From: Methanobacteriota archaeon
GTDB lineage: Archaea > Thermoplasmatota > E2 > JACPAO01 > JAHWKR01
Assembly (NCBI GenBank): GCA_019347805.1
Contig: JAHWKR010000003.1
Span: 1-64,000, forward strand
DNA length: 64,000 nucleotides
Direction of reading: 5' to 3'
Both the position numbers and the translations under genes were made by a program. Positions 1 to 8,509 of the stretch are shown piece after piece; the first letter of the stretch is position 1; every line of letters begins with the position of its first letter. The notes under the pieces are model-generated. The model saw nothing but the letters and a program-made list of their open reading frames with translations, did no database searches and was not told the origin of the DNA.

Positions 1-395
1 AAAACGTCTTGAGGTGCTCTCTTCCGACTTACGACGATCCCTACAATAGAAAAAACGAACAGTCCTGCTAACAAAATAAGATTGTACTCAACAAGTTTAA
101 AAAAGGATTCATGGTAGTCAATTTGCCATCTATACATTTTATAATAGATTCCGACAATAAGTCCGACGCCTCCTGCCGGCAGAAAAACGCTCACGTCTTG
201 ATGGAAGTACACTAGACCGGCCGCGACGACCACGAAGGAGCAGAATGACCATAGAAGCAACCAAAGAGGCCAAGTGGTCTCAGGACTGCTCGGTAGGATC
301 GTCACGGCAGAGATCGCCAACAGCACGAAAACCCCGAGTGCATACCACTTCCTCCTCGTCGAATCGATCATGCGAGGAGTCACTGCACCGATCAT
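1..395 (-). CDS. partial CDS, hypothetical membrane protein (C-terminus runs off left window edge)
   Basis: Manual minus-strand translation gives an open frame from ATG at 395 (stop TGA just upstream at 405-407) through position 1: MIGAVTPRMIDSTRRKWYALGVFVLLAISAVTIL...GLIVGIY...FKLVEYNLILLAGLFVFSIVGIVVSRK..., with several hydrophobic helices. It is not in the ORF track because no stop falls inside the window. The 3' part (1-240) is unusually AT-rich for this genome. Confidence 0.35.
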   Translation of the reverse strand, partial: MIGAVTPRMIDSTRRKWYALGVFVLLAISAVTILPSSPETTWPLWLLLWSFCSFVVVAAGLVYFHQDVSVFLPAGGVGLIVGIYYKMYRWQIDYHESFFKLVEYNLILLAGLFVFSIVGIVVSRKRAPQDV

Positions 396-479
396 GCCTT
401 TTCTTCATATATTCATTTGGGCAGGCATAGCCGCAAAACCAACAACATGGGGCGGATGGGGTCGAAGAAGCGATAGGAC

Positions 480-1607
480 TCAGATCTTCTTCTTCGTCAC
501 GATGGTCAACACGTCCTGGTCTTCCAAGACGTGGTCCAAAGAGACATGCTGTCCGTCGAACTTGGCGCTCTTGCCCCACACCTGCGCATAGCGGAACAAC
601 TTACGGAACTCGCGGTGCAGGTGGTCGCAGACGTCGCCGACGGTGGAACCGCGCGTGATGACCAGGGGTTCCTCGTAATCGGTCTCGCCTTTGTGCGGGC
701 GGAGGTAGACGCGGATGAAGTCGAGGATCTCGAAGGCGGTGTCCTTGAGGAGGTCCATGTTCATGCCGGTGATGGCGGAGATAGGGACGACGCGGAAGCC
801 CTGCGCGGAGAGTTCCTTGACGTTCTCTTGCAGGTCCTCTTCGGGCAATAGGTCTGACTTGGTGAGCGCGATGAAGCCGCGCGTGTAGACGCGGTTGCCC
901 GCCAGCTTGTCGATGAGCTGGTCGATGGTGATGTCTTCCCGGATGACGATGTTGGCATTGACGACCTTGAACTCGCGGCAGATGTCCTCGATGTAGTCGT
1001 CGTCCATGTTGGTCAGTTCGACCGTCTTGTTGATCTTGAGGCCGCCGCGGTCCGATTTGACGATCTGGATGTCGGCCGGTTTCTGGTTGAGCCGGATGCC
1101 GGCGTCGTAGATCTCGCGCAGGACCACTTCGAGTTCGTTGGGGGAATAGGCGTTGACGGTGATGAAGATGAGGTCGGAACTGCGCGCCGCCGCCAAGACC
1201 TCCTTGCCGCGCCCTTTCCCCGATGCGGCACCCTTGATGATGCCGGGCATGTCAAGGATCTGGATGTTGGCGCCCTTGTACTCCATCGAGCCGGGGATGA
1301 CGTCCAGCGTCGTGAAGGCATAGGCGCCGACCTCCGACTCGGTGCCGGTGAGCTTGTTCATGAGGGTCGATTTACCGACCGAGGGCAACCCGACGAGCCC
1401 GACCGTGGCGTTGCCCGATTTCTTCACCGCGAAGGACTTGCCGCCCCCGCCGCCGCCCATGAGGCGCTGTTTTTCCTGTTCTTGCCGGAGCTTGGCGATC
1501 TTGGCCTTGAGCTTCCCGATGTGGAACTCGGTGGCCTTGTTCTTCTGCGTCTTGAGGATCTCTTCCTCGATCTCCTTGATCTGCTCCGCGATGGTCGCCA
1601 TGGGCAT
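480..1607 (-). CDS. DRG/Rbg1-family GTPase (OBG-HflX superfamily, C-terminal TGS domain)
   Basis: ORF 480..2000(-). The conserved protein begins at internal ATG (cat at 1605-1607): MPMATIAEQIKEIEEEIL...GGGGGGKSF..VGLVGLPSVGKSTLMNKLTG (G1/Walker A), DMPGII (G3), TKSD (G4), C-terminal TGS-like ...DVLTIVTKKKI. This is the archaeal/eukaryal DRG architecture; the 131-aa N-terminal extension in the ORF track is Arg/Pro-rich and overlaps the divergent upstream region. Confidence 0.9.
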   Translation of the reverse strand: MPMATIAEQIKEIEEEILKTQKNKATEFHIGKLKAKIAKLRQEQEKQRLMGGGGGGKSFAVKKSGNATVGLVGLPSVGKSTLMNKLTGTESEVGAYAFTTLDVIPGSMEYKGANIQILDMPGIIKGAASGKGRGKEVLAAARSSDLIFITVNAYSPNELEVVLREIYDAGIRLNQKPADIQIVKSDRGGLKINKTVELTNMDDDYIEDICREFKVVNANIVIREDITIDQLIDKLAGNRVYTRGFIALTKSDLLPEEDLQENVKELSAQGFRVVPISAITGMNMDLLKDTAFEILDFIRVYLRPHKGETDYEEPLVITRGSTVGDVCDHLHREFRKLFRYAQVWGKSAKFDGQHVSLDHVLEDQDVLTIVTKKKI

Positions 1608-1776
1608 CGTGTCCGTACGGACAGGCGGCGGACGGCGGGCGGACGGGTATAAACCCTTCGCGCATAGGCCGCTCCGGCTTCCCTTCCGGGGACCGGCTGA
1701 AATAGGCCGCCGTCGCGGCCGACCCGAGGCGCACTTCGCCCCCACGCTTTTCACGGCGTGCTCGCTCGGCCGCCCC

Positions 1777-3330
1777 GTGGAAGCCGAAGCGCCGGACGGC
1801 ACCGCATCCGCAGGTGTCCTGAGCGGGGCGCCCGCGGTCCGGGCCGAGCGGCTGTCGTTCGGTCCGTCGGGCGGTTCGGGTCCGGTGCCGATCGACCGGT
1901 TGTCCTTCACCGTCGAACCAGGCGAGACGCTCCTCGTCGCAGGGCCTTCGGGGACCGGCAAGAGCATGCTGTTGTCACTCGTCGCCGGGCTCGGGTCCAC
2001 CTATTCCGACCCGCAAGTCGGTGGGCACCTTGTCGTCGCATGGCCGGAAGGTGTCGACCCCGGGCCACTGCCCCGGCCGCGGCCGGGCCGTGTCGGGTTC
2101 CTGCAGCAGGAACCGGGGGACGGTCTTCTCGGTGTCGACCTCCTTTCGGCGCTCGCGTTGCCGCTCGAACTCCTCGGCCTGGGCCGTGACGAGACCGCCG
2201 ACCGGGTCGGACATGCGCTCGAGACGTCCGGTCTCATGGAGATGGCCGAGCGCGAGGTGTCGACGCTCTCGGTCGGAGAACGCAAACGCGCCGCGCTCGC
2301 CGGCATCGAGGCGCTCGACCCTCCCCTTGTGCTCTTGGACGAGCCGCTCGCCGACCTTGACCCGCCCGGCGTGCGGCACCTCCTCGACGACCTTGCGCGC
2401 ATCCACACAGCGCGCACGGTCCTCGTCGCCGAGCACCGCATCGGCCCGCTGCGCGCCCTCGCCGACCGGGAACTCCATCTTGTCCCGAGCGCCGCCAGAC
2501 CTCCTCCACGTATCTGGACCCCTGCCATCGCCCGCGGCCCCGGCGGCGCGGAACCGGCCGTGGTCGCCAACAGCCTCAGTATCGACCGCGGCGGACGGCG
2601 GCTCATCGATGATGCGACGTTCCGGCTTGGGCCGGGTGTGTGGGGACTCCTCGGCCGCAACGGTGCGGGCAAGAGCACCCTGCTTTCGGTGCTCGCCGGT
2701 CTCGTCGCACCGACCTCCGGAGCGGTGACGGTCGCCGGCCGGCCCGTCTGGTCGAGGGGCCTCCGCGTGTCGCGGCGCGAGACGCACGAGGTCGGCCTGC
2801 GGCGGACGTTGCAGGTCTGTTTCCAGGAACCACGCGAGGCGTTCTTCGCCGCGTCGGTGAAGGAGGAGCTCACGGCCCCCATCGAACGGCTCGGACTGCT
2901 GCTCGGCCATCGTGCCCGCAGCAAGGTCGAGAACGGATTGGAGCAAGCAGGATTGACTCATCTTGCCGAGGTGTCGCCGCAACGACTCTCGGGCGGCGAG
3001 GCGCGACGGGTGCAGACCTTGGGCGCCCTCCTCGTCTCCCCGTCGGTGCTCTTCCTGGATGAGCCGACGCACGGATTGGACCCGGTGGCGCGGGACGCCT
3101 TGCGGGCGAACATCGCGGCGTTCGGCCGCGCGGGCGGCGTCGTCATCGTCGCCACGCATGAACCCGCTTTCCTCCCCGCGGGTGCGGAGTGGATCCATCT
3201 GCCGGGCGACGGGCGGGTCATGGTCGGCGACGCGGCACGACCGGGCGAACCGGGACCCGCCAAGGACGGCTACGTCGTCCCGGATCCGCTCGCCCCGGAG
3301 ACCACCGCCCTCCCGGAAGTGCGGCCGTGA
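1777..3330 (+). CDS. ECF-type transporter ATPase, duplicated ABC domains (EcfA1-EcfA2 fusion, CbiO-like)
   Basis: Two Walker A motifs (GPSGTGKS, GRNGAGKS), two signature motifs (LSVGERKRAAL, LSGGEARRVQ), two Walker B motifs (LLDEPLADLD, LFLDEPTHGLD). Start is uncertain: there is no in-frame ATG after the divergent DRG gene, so GTG at 1777 is proposed. The ORF-track start at 1342 lies inside the DRG gene. Confidence 0.8.
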   Translation: MEAEAPDGTASAGVLSGAPAVRAERLSFGPSGGSGPVPIDRLSFTVEPGETLLVAGPSGTGKSMLLSLVAGLGSTYSDPQVGGHLVVAWPEGVDPGPLPRPRPGRVGFLQQEPGDGLLGVDLLSALALPLELLGLGRDETADRVGHALETSGLMEMAEREVSTLSVGERKRAALAGIEALDPPLVLLDEPLADLDPPGVRHLLDDLARIHTARTVLVAEHRIGPLRALADRELHLVPSAARPPPRIWTPAIARGPGGAEPAVVANSLSIDRGGRRLIDDATFRLGPGVWGLLGRNGAGKSTLLSVLAGLVAPTSGAVTVAGRPVWSRGLRVSRRETHEVGLRRTLQVCFQEPREAFFAASVKEELTAPIERLGLLLGHRARSKVENGLEQAGLTHLAEVSPQRLSGGEARRVQTLGALLVSPSVLFLDEPTHGLDPVARDALRANIAAFGRAGGVVIVATHEPAFLPAGAEWIHLPGDGRVMVGDAARPGEPGPAKDGYVVPDPLAPETTALPEVRP

Positions 3331-4013
3331 CCGGTCCCCACGCAGCCCCTTACCACACGCCGACGGTCTTCCCGCGCATCCTCTTGGCCGCGGCCGCGAC
3401 GCTCGTCGCCCTCATCGGCCCGGCCTGGGGCGTGGCGGTGGTCGCGGCGGCGGCCGGTATCGGGCTCGTCCGAAGCGGTGCCCACGCGACGGCGCGGACG
3501 ACCGGTTGGATGGTCTTGGGGCTCGTCGCGGCGACCATCGTCTTCCAGGCGGCGATCCTCGTGCCGTTCGTCGGCCTCGGTTGGTTGGAGGCCCTCGGGG
3601 TCGGTGCGGCCTTCTCGGCGCGGCTCGGCACGGTCCTTCTTGTCACCTCGCTGCTCGCGGTCGCGTTGCCGCCGCGCGCTTGGCTCGCCTCGCTGGCGCG
3701 CTTCCCCCGTCTGGGGCTTCTCTTCACCCTGGTCTTCCGTCAGGTGCCCGACATGGCCGCCGAGGCCGAGCGGGTGCGGCGCGCGCAGCGGGCACGCGGC
3801 CTGCTCATCGGGCGTCTGGTGCCGGCCCTCGCCACGGTCGTGCCTGTGATGTCGCGCACGCTCGAGCGGGCCGACCGCATGGGCCGGGTGCTCCTCCTTG
3901 CCGGCTGGGGACGACCCAGAAGAGAACCGCTCGTCCGCCCGCGCTTCCACGTGGTGGACATCGTCTGGATGGGGCTCGCCGTCGCCCTCCTCGCCGGCCT
4001 TTTCCTGTTCTGA
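3327..4013 (+). CDS. ECF transporter transmembrane (T) component, EcfT/CbiQ family
   Basis: Multi-pass membrane protein directly downstream of the ATPase. GTG at 3327 overlaps the ATPase stop (GTGA), consistent with translational coupling. Arg-rich loop ...RVRRAQRARGL... is typical of CbiQ/EcfT. Confidence 0.7.
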   Translation: MTGPHAAPYHTPTVFPRILLAAAATLVALIGPAWGVAVVAAAAGIGLVRSGAHATARTTGWMVLGLVAATIVFQAAILVPFVGLGWLEALGVGAAFSARLGTVLLVTSLLAVALPPRAWLASLARFPRLGLLFTLVFRQVPDMAAEAERVRRAQRARGLLIGRLVPALATVVPVMSRTLERADRMGRVLLLAGWGRPRREPLVRPRFHVVDIVWMGLAVALLAGLFLF

Positions 4014-4082
4014 CCCCCACATCTCAAGCCGACTTGATTCTCTTCAAACAAACTTGAAGACCCCTCGCCCTCTGCCACCGCC

Positions 4083-4808
4083 ATGGCCCCCCTTCGGCCC
4101 CTTGCGTCCCCCCCGCTCCGGGACGACCCGAGGCGCCTCACGCTCATCGCGGCCTTCACCGCGCTCGCCATCGCCGGCCGTATCGCCTTCCTCTGGGCCC
4201 CCAACATCGCCCTCACCTATTACGTGGTCTTCTTCGCCGGGGTCGTCCTCTGCACCCGCGCCGGGGCCCTCGTCGGACTCCTCGCCATGACGGTGACCAA
4301 CCTCATGCTCTCCGGCCTCCACCCGGTGCTCTTCGCGAACGCCCCCGCCATGGCGCTACTCGGCGTCGCCGGTGGTCTCCTCCGACCGCTCTTCGTCCGC
4401 CCGGCAAAAGACCGCACCGGAAAGGCGCTCCGCGTCACCGTGCTCGCCTGCGTCGGCCTCTGGGGCACCCTGCTCTTCTCCCTCACCACAGACCTGCTTG
4501 GCTATGCCCTGCAATATGGCGCTACCCCCGAAGGACGCGCGATCGGCACCGCCGCCCTCGTCCCCTACCTGGTCGCGGGGCTTCTCTTCAACCTCGTCCC
4601 TGCCGTCGTGAACGCCCTCCTCTTCGCCACCCTCACGCCCTCGCTCCTCGATGTCCTCAGACGCGCCGGCCACCTCGGCCCCGTGCCCGCCACCGACACC
4701 CGCACCGTCCTCGTCGAATCCTCCCCGGGTCGCCACACCCGTCTGGTCGACCACCAGCCATATGAGGAGCCGCCTGTCTCGCCCGCCCGTGGCCCTGCCG
4801 CCCCATGA
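4083..4808 (+). CDS. integral membrane protein, putative ECF transporter substrate-capture (S) component
   Basis: ATG at 4083; about 6 predicted TM helices in 241 aa, 70 bp downstream of EcfT in A-T-S order. The family assignment rests on context only. Confidence 0.45.
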   Translation: MAPLRPLASPPLRDDPRRLTLIAAFTALAIAGRIAFLWAPNIALTYYVVFFAGVVLCTRAGALVGLLAMTVTNLMLSGLHPVLFANAPAMALLGVAGGLLRPLFVRPAKDRTGKALRVTVLACVGLWGTLLFSLTTDLLGYALQYGATPEGRAIGTAALVPYLVAGLLFNLVPAVVNALLFATLTPSLLDVLRRAGHLGPVPATDTRTVLVESSPGRHTRLVDHQPYEEPPVSPARGPAAP

Positions 4809-5955
4809 CCGGCTCCTGCTTCGTTACGGCGAGGTCGGGCTGAAGAGCCGCGCGGTGCGCGTCCGCATGGAGAAGACCCTGCAGCGGCAGCTCGAGGACG
4901 CCCTTCTGCGCGAACGCTCGGAAGGCCTCGTGCGGCGCGGACAAGGACGGCTCTTCATCGAGACCGGCGACATCGCCACCGCCTCGAAGATCGCGGAGCA
5001 CACCTTCGGCATCACGACGTTCAGCCCGTGCGTGCGCATCCCGACCGATTACGATCTCATTCTCAAGACCGCGGGCGAATACGCCGCCGAACATTGGCCC
5101 GAGGGGGCGAAGCGGTTCGCACTCCGTCCGCGAAGAAGCGGCACCCATCCCTTCACCAGCCAGGACGTCGCCATCAATGCCGGCTCGGCGGTCTATGTCG
5201 CCGCGAAAAACAAGGGCGTCGATGTCTCGGTCGACCTCGACAAGTCCGAATGGGAGCTTTTCATCGAGGTGCGCGAACGGGACACCTACCTCTACCACGA
5301 ACGCGTCCCCGGCCCCGGTGGCCTGCCCATGGGCACGCAGGGCCGCATGGTGGTGCTCCTCGATTCCGCCGACGCCGCGGCGGCCGCCTACCTCATGATG
5401 CGGCGTGGTGCGGCGATGCATCCCATCTATTTCCCGCAGATCGTCGGCACGAAGGCGCGGCTGGACGCCCCGAAGAGCGTCGATGACGACGACCATCCGG
5501 CGCTCCACCTCCATCGCGCGTTGCGCGAATGGAACGCACCCGCCTTCATCAAGCAGTGGTGGCTGGACGACGAGACCGTCGAGAGCATCACCGGCGACCC
5601 TGTGCCGGACGATGGCGTCCCGCTCATCCGCACCATGCTCGCCGCCGCTTCGGCCCATGCCCATCGCGTCGGCGCGCAGGCCATCATGACCGGCGAGACG
5701 GCAAGAAGTCCGTGGGCGCCGCGTCTTCCCGAAACGGTAGGCGCGGCAGACCTTCCGATCCTGCGACCGGTGATGGGGTTGACCCGCCCGGTCATCGACG
5801 ACTTCCGTGAGATCCTCGACCTGCCACGGCTCTCCGGAACGAGAGAACGGGAAGAGGAACGTGCTTACACGGCAGGGGGACGACGCGAGGCGCGTTCGCG
5901 CAAGCGCGACGAGACCGTCAGGCCCGTGGAGGGGACGGCTTGGGACCCGTGGTGA
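4762..5955 (+). CDS. ThiI-like THUMP-domain protein (tRNA 4-thiouridine synthase paralog) with degenerate PP-loop
   Basis: N-terminal ferredoxin-like plus THUMP region (LLLRYGEVGLKSRAVR..., RFALRPRRSGTHPFTSQDVAINAGSAVY). Where ThiI carries the PP-loop LLSGGIDSPVAAYLMMKRG, this protein has VVLLDSADAAAAAYLMMRRG, so the SGGxDS ATP-binding loop is lost. Start is ATG at 4762 or GTG at 4789; either overlaps the upstream stop. Confidence 0.65.
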   Translation: MRSRLSRPPVALPPHDRLLLRYGEVGLKSRAVRVRMEKTLQRQLEDALLRERSEGLVRRGQGRLFIETGDIATASKIAEHTFGITTFSPCVRIPTDYDLILKTAGEYAAEHWPEGAKRFALRPRRSGTHPFTSQDVAINAGSAVYVAAKNKGVDVSVDLDKSEWELFIEVRERDTYLYHERVPGPGGLPMGTQGRMVVLLDSADAAAAAYLMMRRGAAMHPIYFPQIVGTKARLDAPKSVDDDDHPALHLHRALREWNAPAFIKQWWLDDETVESITGDPVPDDGVPLIRTMLAAASAHAHRVGAQAIMTGETARSPWAPRLPETVGAADLPILRPVMGLTRPVIDDFREILDLPRLSGTREREEERAYTAGGRREARSRKRDETVRPVEGTAWDPW

Positions 5956-6890
5956 TCGTCGGCGCGGGGGCCATCGGCCTCTGGTCGGCGGCCCGGCTCG
6001 CACCGGTCACCGAGGTGTGGCTCTTGACGCGGCCCTCGCGCCTGCTCGGACTCGAAGGTGGCATCCGGCTCGAGACGCTCCCGGACGCCGACCCGGACGG
6101 GCAAGGCGGCGACACGACGGTCCCCCCGGAGCGCTTCCGAGCGGTCGGTGACCCCGCCGACCTTCCCACCGAACCGGATCTCATCCTGGTGGCGACCCGC
6201 GCCTATCAGACCCGCGATGCCGTCGAGGCGCTCAAGGAGGCCGGCATCCGGCCCCGCATCGCCATGACCCTGCAGAACGGCCTCGGCAACGCCGAGGCGC
6301 TCGCCGCCGCCTTCGGCGCCGAACGTGTCGTGGTGGGGACGACCACGCATGGAGTGACCCTCCTGGGACCGGACCATGCCCGGCATGCCGGAGCGGGCGA
6401 CACCCGGGTCGGCCCGTGGGTCCCGGCGGCGGCCGAGGCCACCAGGAAGATCGCCGCTCTCCTCGACGCGGCCGGCGTCCCCACCGAGGTCGTCGACGAC
6501 CCGCGTCGCATGCTTTGGCTCAAGGTGGCGGTGAACGCCGCCATTAACCCCCCGACCGCCATCCATCGCATCGAGAACGGGGTCCTCCTGGACGGTGGCC
6601 CTTTGGAGGCGGACCTGCGTGCTGCCGCCCGTGAAGTGGCCGACGTGGCACAGGCCGAAGGGGTGGACCTCGCCCCGGAAGAGGCCGAAGCGGCGGCCGT
6701 CTCAGTGGCGCGCCGCACGGCGCGCAACCGCTCGAGCATGCTGCAGGCCTTGCTCGCCGGACGGCCGCTCGAGACCGATGCGATCACCGGCGAGGTGGTC
6801 CGGCGCGCGGCCCGGCATGGCATCGATGTACCCATCAATCGGCGCCTCCTCAGCGAGCTTGAGATGTCGATGCGAAGCCGTGGCCATTGA
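5940..6890 (+). CDS. panE: 2-dehydropantoate 2-reductase (ketopantoate reductase, PanE/ApbA family)
   Basis: N-terminal Rossmann motif VVIVGAGAIGLW and C-terminal ApbA domain (...LWLKVAVNAAINPPTAI..SSMLQAL..GRPLETDAITG). The start overlaps the ThiI-like stop. Confidence 0.8.
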   Translation: MGPVVIVGAGAIGLWSAARLAPVTEVWLLTRPSRLLGLEGGIRLETLPDADPDGQGGDTTVPPERFRAVGDPADLPTEPDLILVATRAYQTRDAVEALKEAGIRPRIAMTLQNGLGNAEALAAAFGAERVVVGTTTHGVTLLGPDHARHAGAGDTRVGPWVPAAAEATRKIAALLDAAGVPTEVVDDPRRMLWLKVAVNAAINPPTAIHRIENGVLLDGGPLEADLRAAAREVADVAQAEGVDLAPEEAEAAAVSVARRTARNRSSMLQALLAGRPLETDAITGEVVRRAARHGIDVPINRRLLSELEMSMRSRGH

Positions 6891-7003
6891 CGCGGTTTGG
6901 ACAAGACTGCCCCTCCCCGGGGCCACGATGGCGCTCCACGACGCCAAAGGTTCTTGACTGGTTGCCCCATGTTCGCATGCGACACCCTGGTCGGACGTTT
7001 CCC

Positions 7004-7255
7004 ATGTCACTGCCCGAGCTTGACCGCATGAAGAGCATCCAATACAAGGAAGGGAAGACCACGATGGAGGAGCAGGCGTGGGCCGGTTCCCTGTTCCGCC
7101 GGCTCGTCTCGGAATGTCCCCATGTCGACGACCGCGACATCGTCTCCTTGTTCCGCTTCGGCAACGAGGAGCTCATCACCGCGACCGCGCACCGGCTCGA
7201 GTACAACGCCACCCACCCTCCTGACGGTCCCGGCCGGACCTCTGAGGACGCGTGA
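7004..7255 (+). CDS. small hypothetical protein (~83 aa)
   Basis: In-frame ATG at 7004 (MSLPELDRMKSIQYKEGKTTMEEQAWAGSLFRRLVSECPHVDDRDIV...). Third-position GC is high and typical of coding sequence here; no homology recognised. Confidence 0.3.
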   Translation: MSLPELDRMKSIQYKEGKTTMEEQAWAGSLFRRLVSECPHVDDRDIVSLFRFGNEELITATAHRLEYNATHPPDGPGRTSEDA

Positions 7256-7372
7256 AGCGCGCGCTTTGCGTGCCATGACGGCTGACGGCCCGCTTATATC
7301 CCACGAAACGGTCTTTCCCCCTGAGACCGGCCGAACGGGTAGGACCTTCGCCGGACCAGAGGGTAGGAACCA

Positions 7373-7903
7373 ATGTCTCACGAACATCTCCAGCACGCGC
7401 GCCGGCTCGCCGTCGTCGCGCTCGTCGTCCTCGGACTCGTACCGCTCGGCACCCCGGTCCTCGCCGGCGACAAGGAGGGGGGCCCCGAGGTGCCGAACAC
7501 CGAACTGCACGATGGATGGATCCACGTCCCCACCCATCCACTCTCGCGTGTCTTCTCCGCCACCACGTTGACCGGCATCACGCACGACATCCTTCCCGTG
7601 CGCGGCCAGTCGCCGTTCGAGCTGAAGCCCTGGAGTGGCTCCGGCCTCGGCACCTGTATCGGCGCCACTTGTGTGCAGACCGGTGACTTCGACCTGGTCT
7701 TCCTGCGCGAGAACAGCGACGGGACGACGACGCTCGTGGAGCGTCATGTCAATGTCGGGGACGAATCGGGCTACGTCCCGAAGGACGCCACGCTCGCCAT
7801 CGTCTTCCTCACCACGCCGACCCTCGACCCGGGCGTGCGCGGCCATCACTATCTCTACGCGGAAGGCAACCCCGGCAGCGATGTGGTGCCGCAGCGCTCC
7901 TAG
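7373..7903 (+). CDS. secreted hypothetical protein
   Basis: N-terminal signal-like segment RRLAVVALVVLGLVPLGTPVLAGD. Preferred over the overlapping antisense ORF 7007..7849 because it fills the gap before the convergent UbiX gene. Confidence 0.4.
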   Translation: MSHEHLQHARRLAVVALVVLGLVPLGTPVLAGDKEGGPEVPNTELHDGWIHVPTHPLSRVFSATTLTGITHDILPVRGQSPFELKPWSGSGLGTCIGATCVQTGDFDLVFLRENSDGTTTLVERHVNVGDESGYVPKDATLAIVFLTTPTLDPGVRGHHYLYAEGNPGSDVVPQRS

Positions 7904-7909
7904 ACGACA

Positions 7910-8509
7910 CTATCGCGACGCCGCGCTCTTCTTCGGCCGCAGCTCGGGCCCCCAGCGCGTAAAAAGGTCGTGCGCGACGTCGAGCTGGTCGAGCGCCTTC
8001 CCGACCACATGGTCGACGAGGTCCTCGATGGTGCTCGGCCGATGATAGAACCCGGGCATCGCCGGGACGAGGCGCGCCCCCGCTTCCTTGAGCGTCGCCC
8101 AATTGCGCAGCGTGATGAGGTCGAGCGGCGTCTCGCGCGGCACGATCACCAGGCGGCGTGATTCCTTGAGGCAGACGATCGCCGAACGGGTCAGCAGGCT
8201 GTCTGCGTAGCCATGGGCGATGGCCGCGGTGGTCTTCAAGGACGCCGGGACGATAAGCATCCCGTCATGCCGGAACGAACCGGAGGCGGGCCAACCGGCC
8301 GTGTCGCTCTCCGCATGCAGGACGACGTCTCCTGCGACCTGTTCGACGCGCCCGTCGAGGTCGAGGGCCATCTCGTGCCGCGCCACATGGCGCGCGCCGT
8401 CGGAGACGATGAGATGGATCGTGTGGCCCGCCTGGGCCAGCACCTCGAGGGCACGCACGCCGTAGAGGACCCCGGAGGCACCGGAGATCCCGAGCACATA
8501 GACACCCAT
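7910..8509 (-). CDS. ubiX: flavin prenyltransferase UbiX/Pad1 family (MqnL-like)
   Basis: MGVYVLGISGASGVLYG...LIVSDGAR...MLIVPASLKTTAAIAHGYADSLLTRS...VIVPRETP. Start ATG at 8509 overlaps the UbiA stop (ATGA). The ORF-track N-terminal extension is a spurious Arg-rich read-through. Confidence 0.85.
   Translation of the reverse strand: MGVYVLGISGASGVLYGVRALEVLAQAGHTIHLIVSDGARHVARHEMALDLDGRVEQVAGDVVLHAESDTAGWPASGSFRHDGMLIVPASLKTTAAIAHGYADSLLTRSAIVCLKESRRLVIVPRETPLDLITLRNWATLKEAGARLVPAMPGFYHRPSTIEDLVDHVVGKALDQLDVAHDLFTRWGPELRPKKSAASR

Noticed and set aside
1608-1776. Possible riboswitch or regulatory hairpin (cggccgc-cgtc-gcggccg) and TATA-like gtataaaccc in the divergent region upstream of the ECF operon
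   Set aside because: No convincing match to TPP or cobalamin riboswitch cores by eye; kept only as a divergent promoter region.
1975-3198. 407-aa and 307-aa minus-strand ORFs (1975..3198, 2001..2924) antisense to the ECF ATPase gene
   Set aside because: Arg/Pro/Gly-rich low-complexity translations, typical of antisense frames in high-GC DNA. The sense strand carries intact Walker/signature motifs.
7007-7849. 280-aa minus-strand ORF overlapping 7373..7903
   Set aside because: Its 3' half would overlap the convergent region and is Arg/Glu low-complexity. The plus-strand ORF has a signal peptide and fits the intergenic spacing, though both calls are weak.
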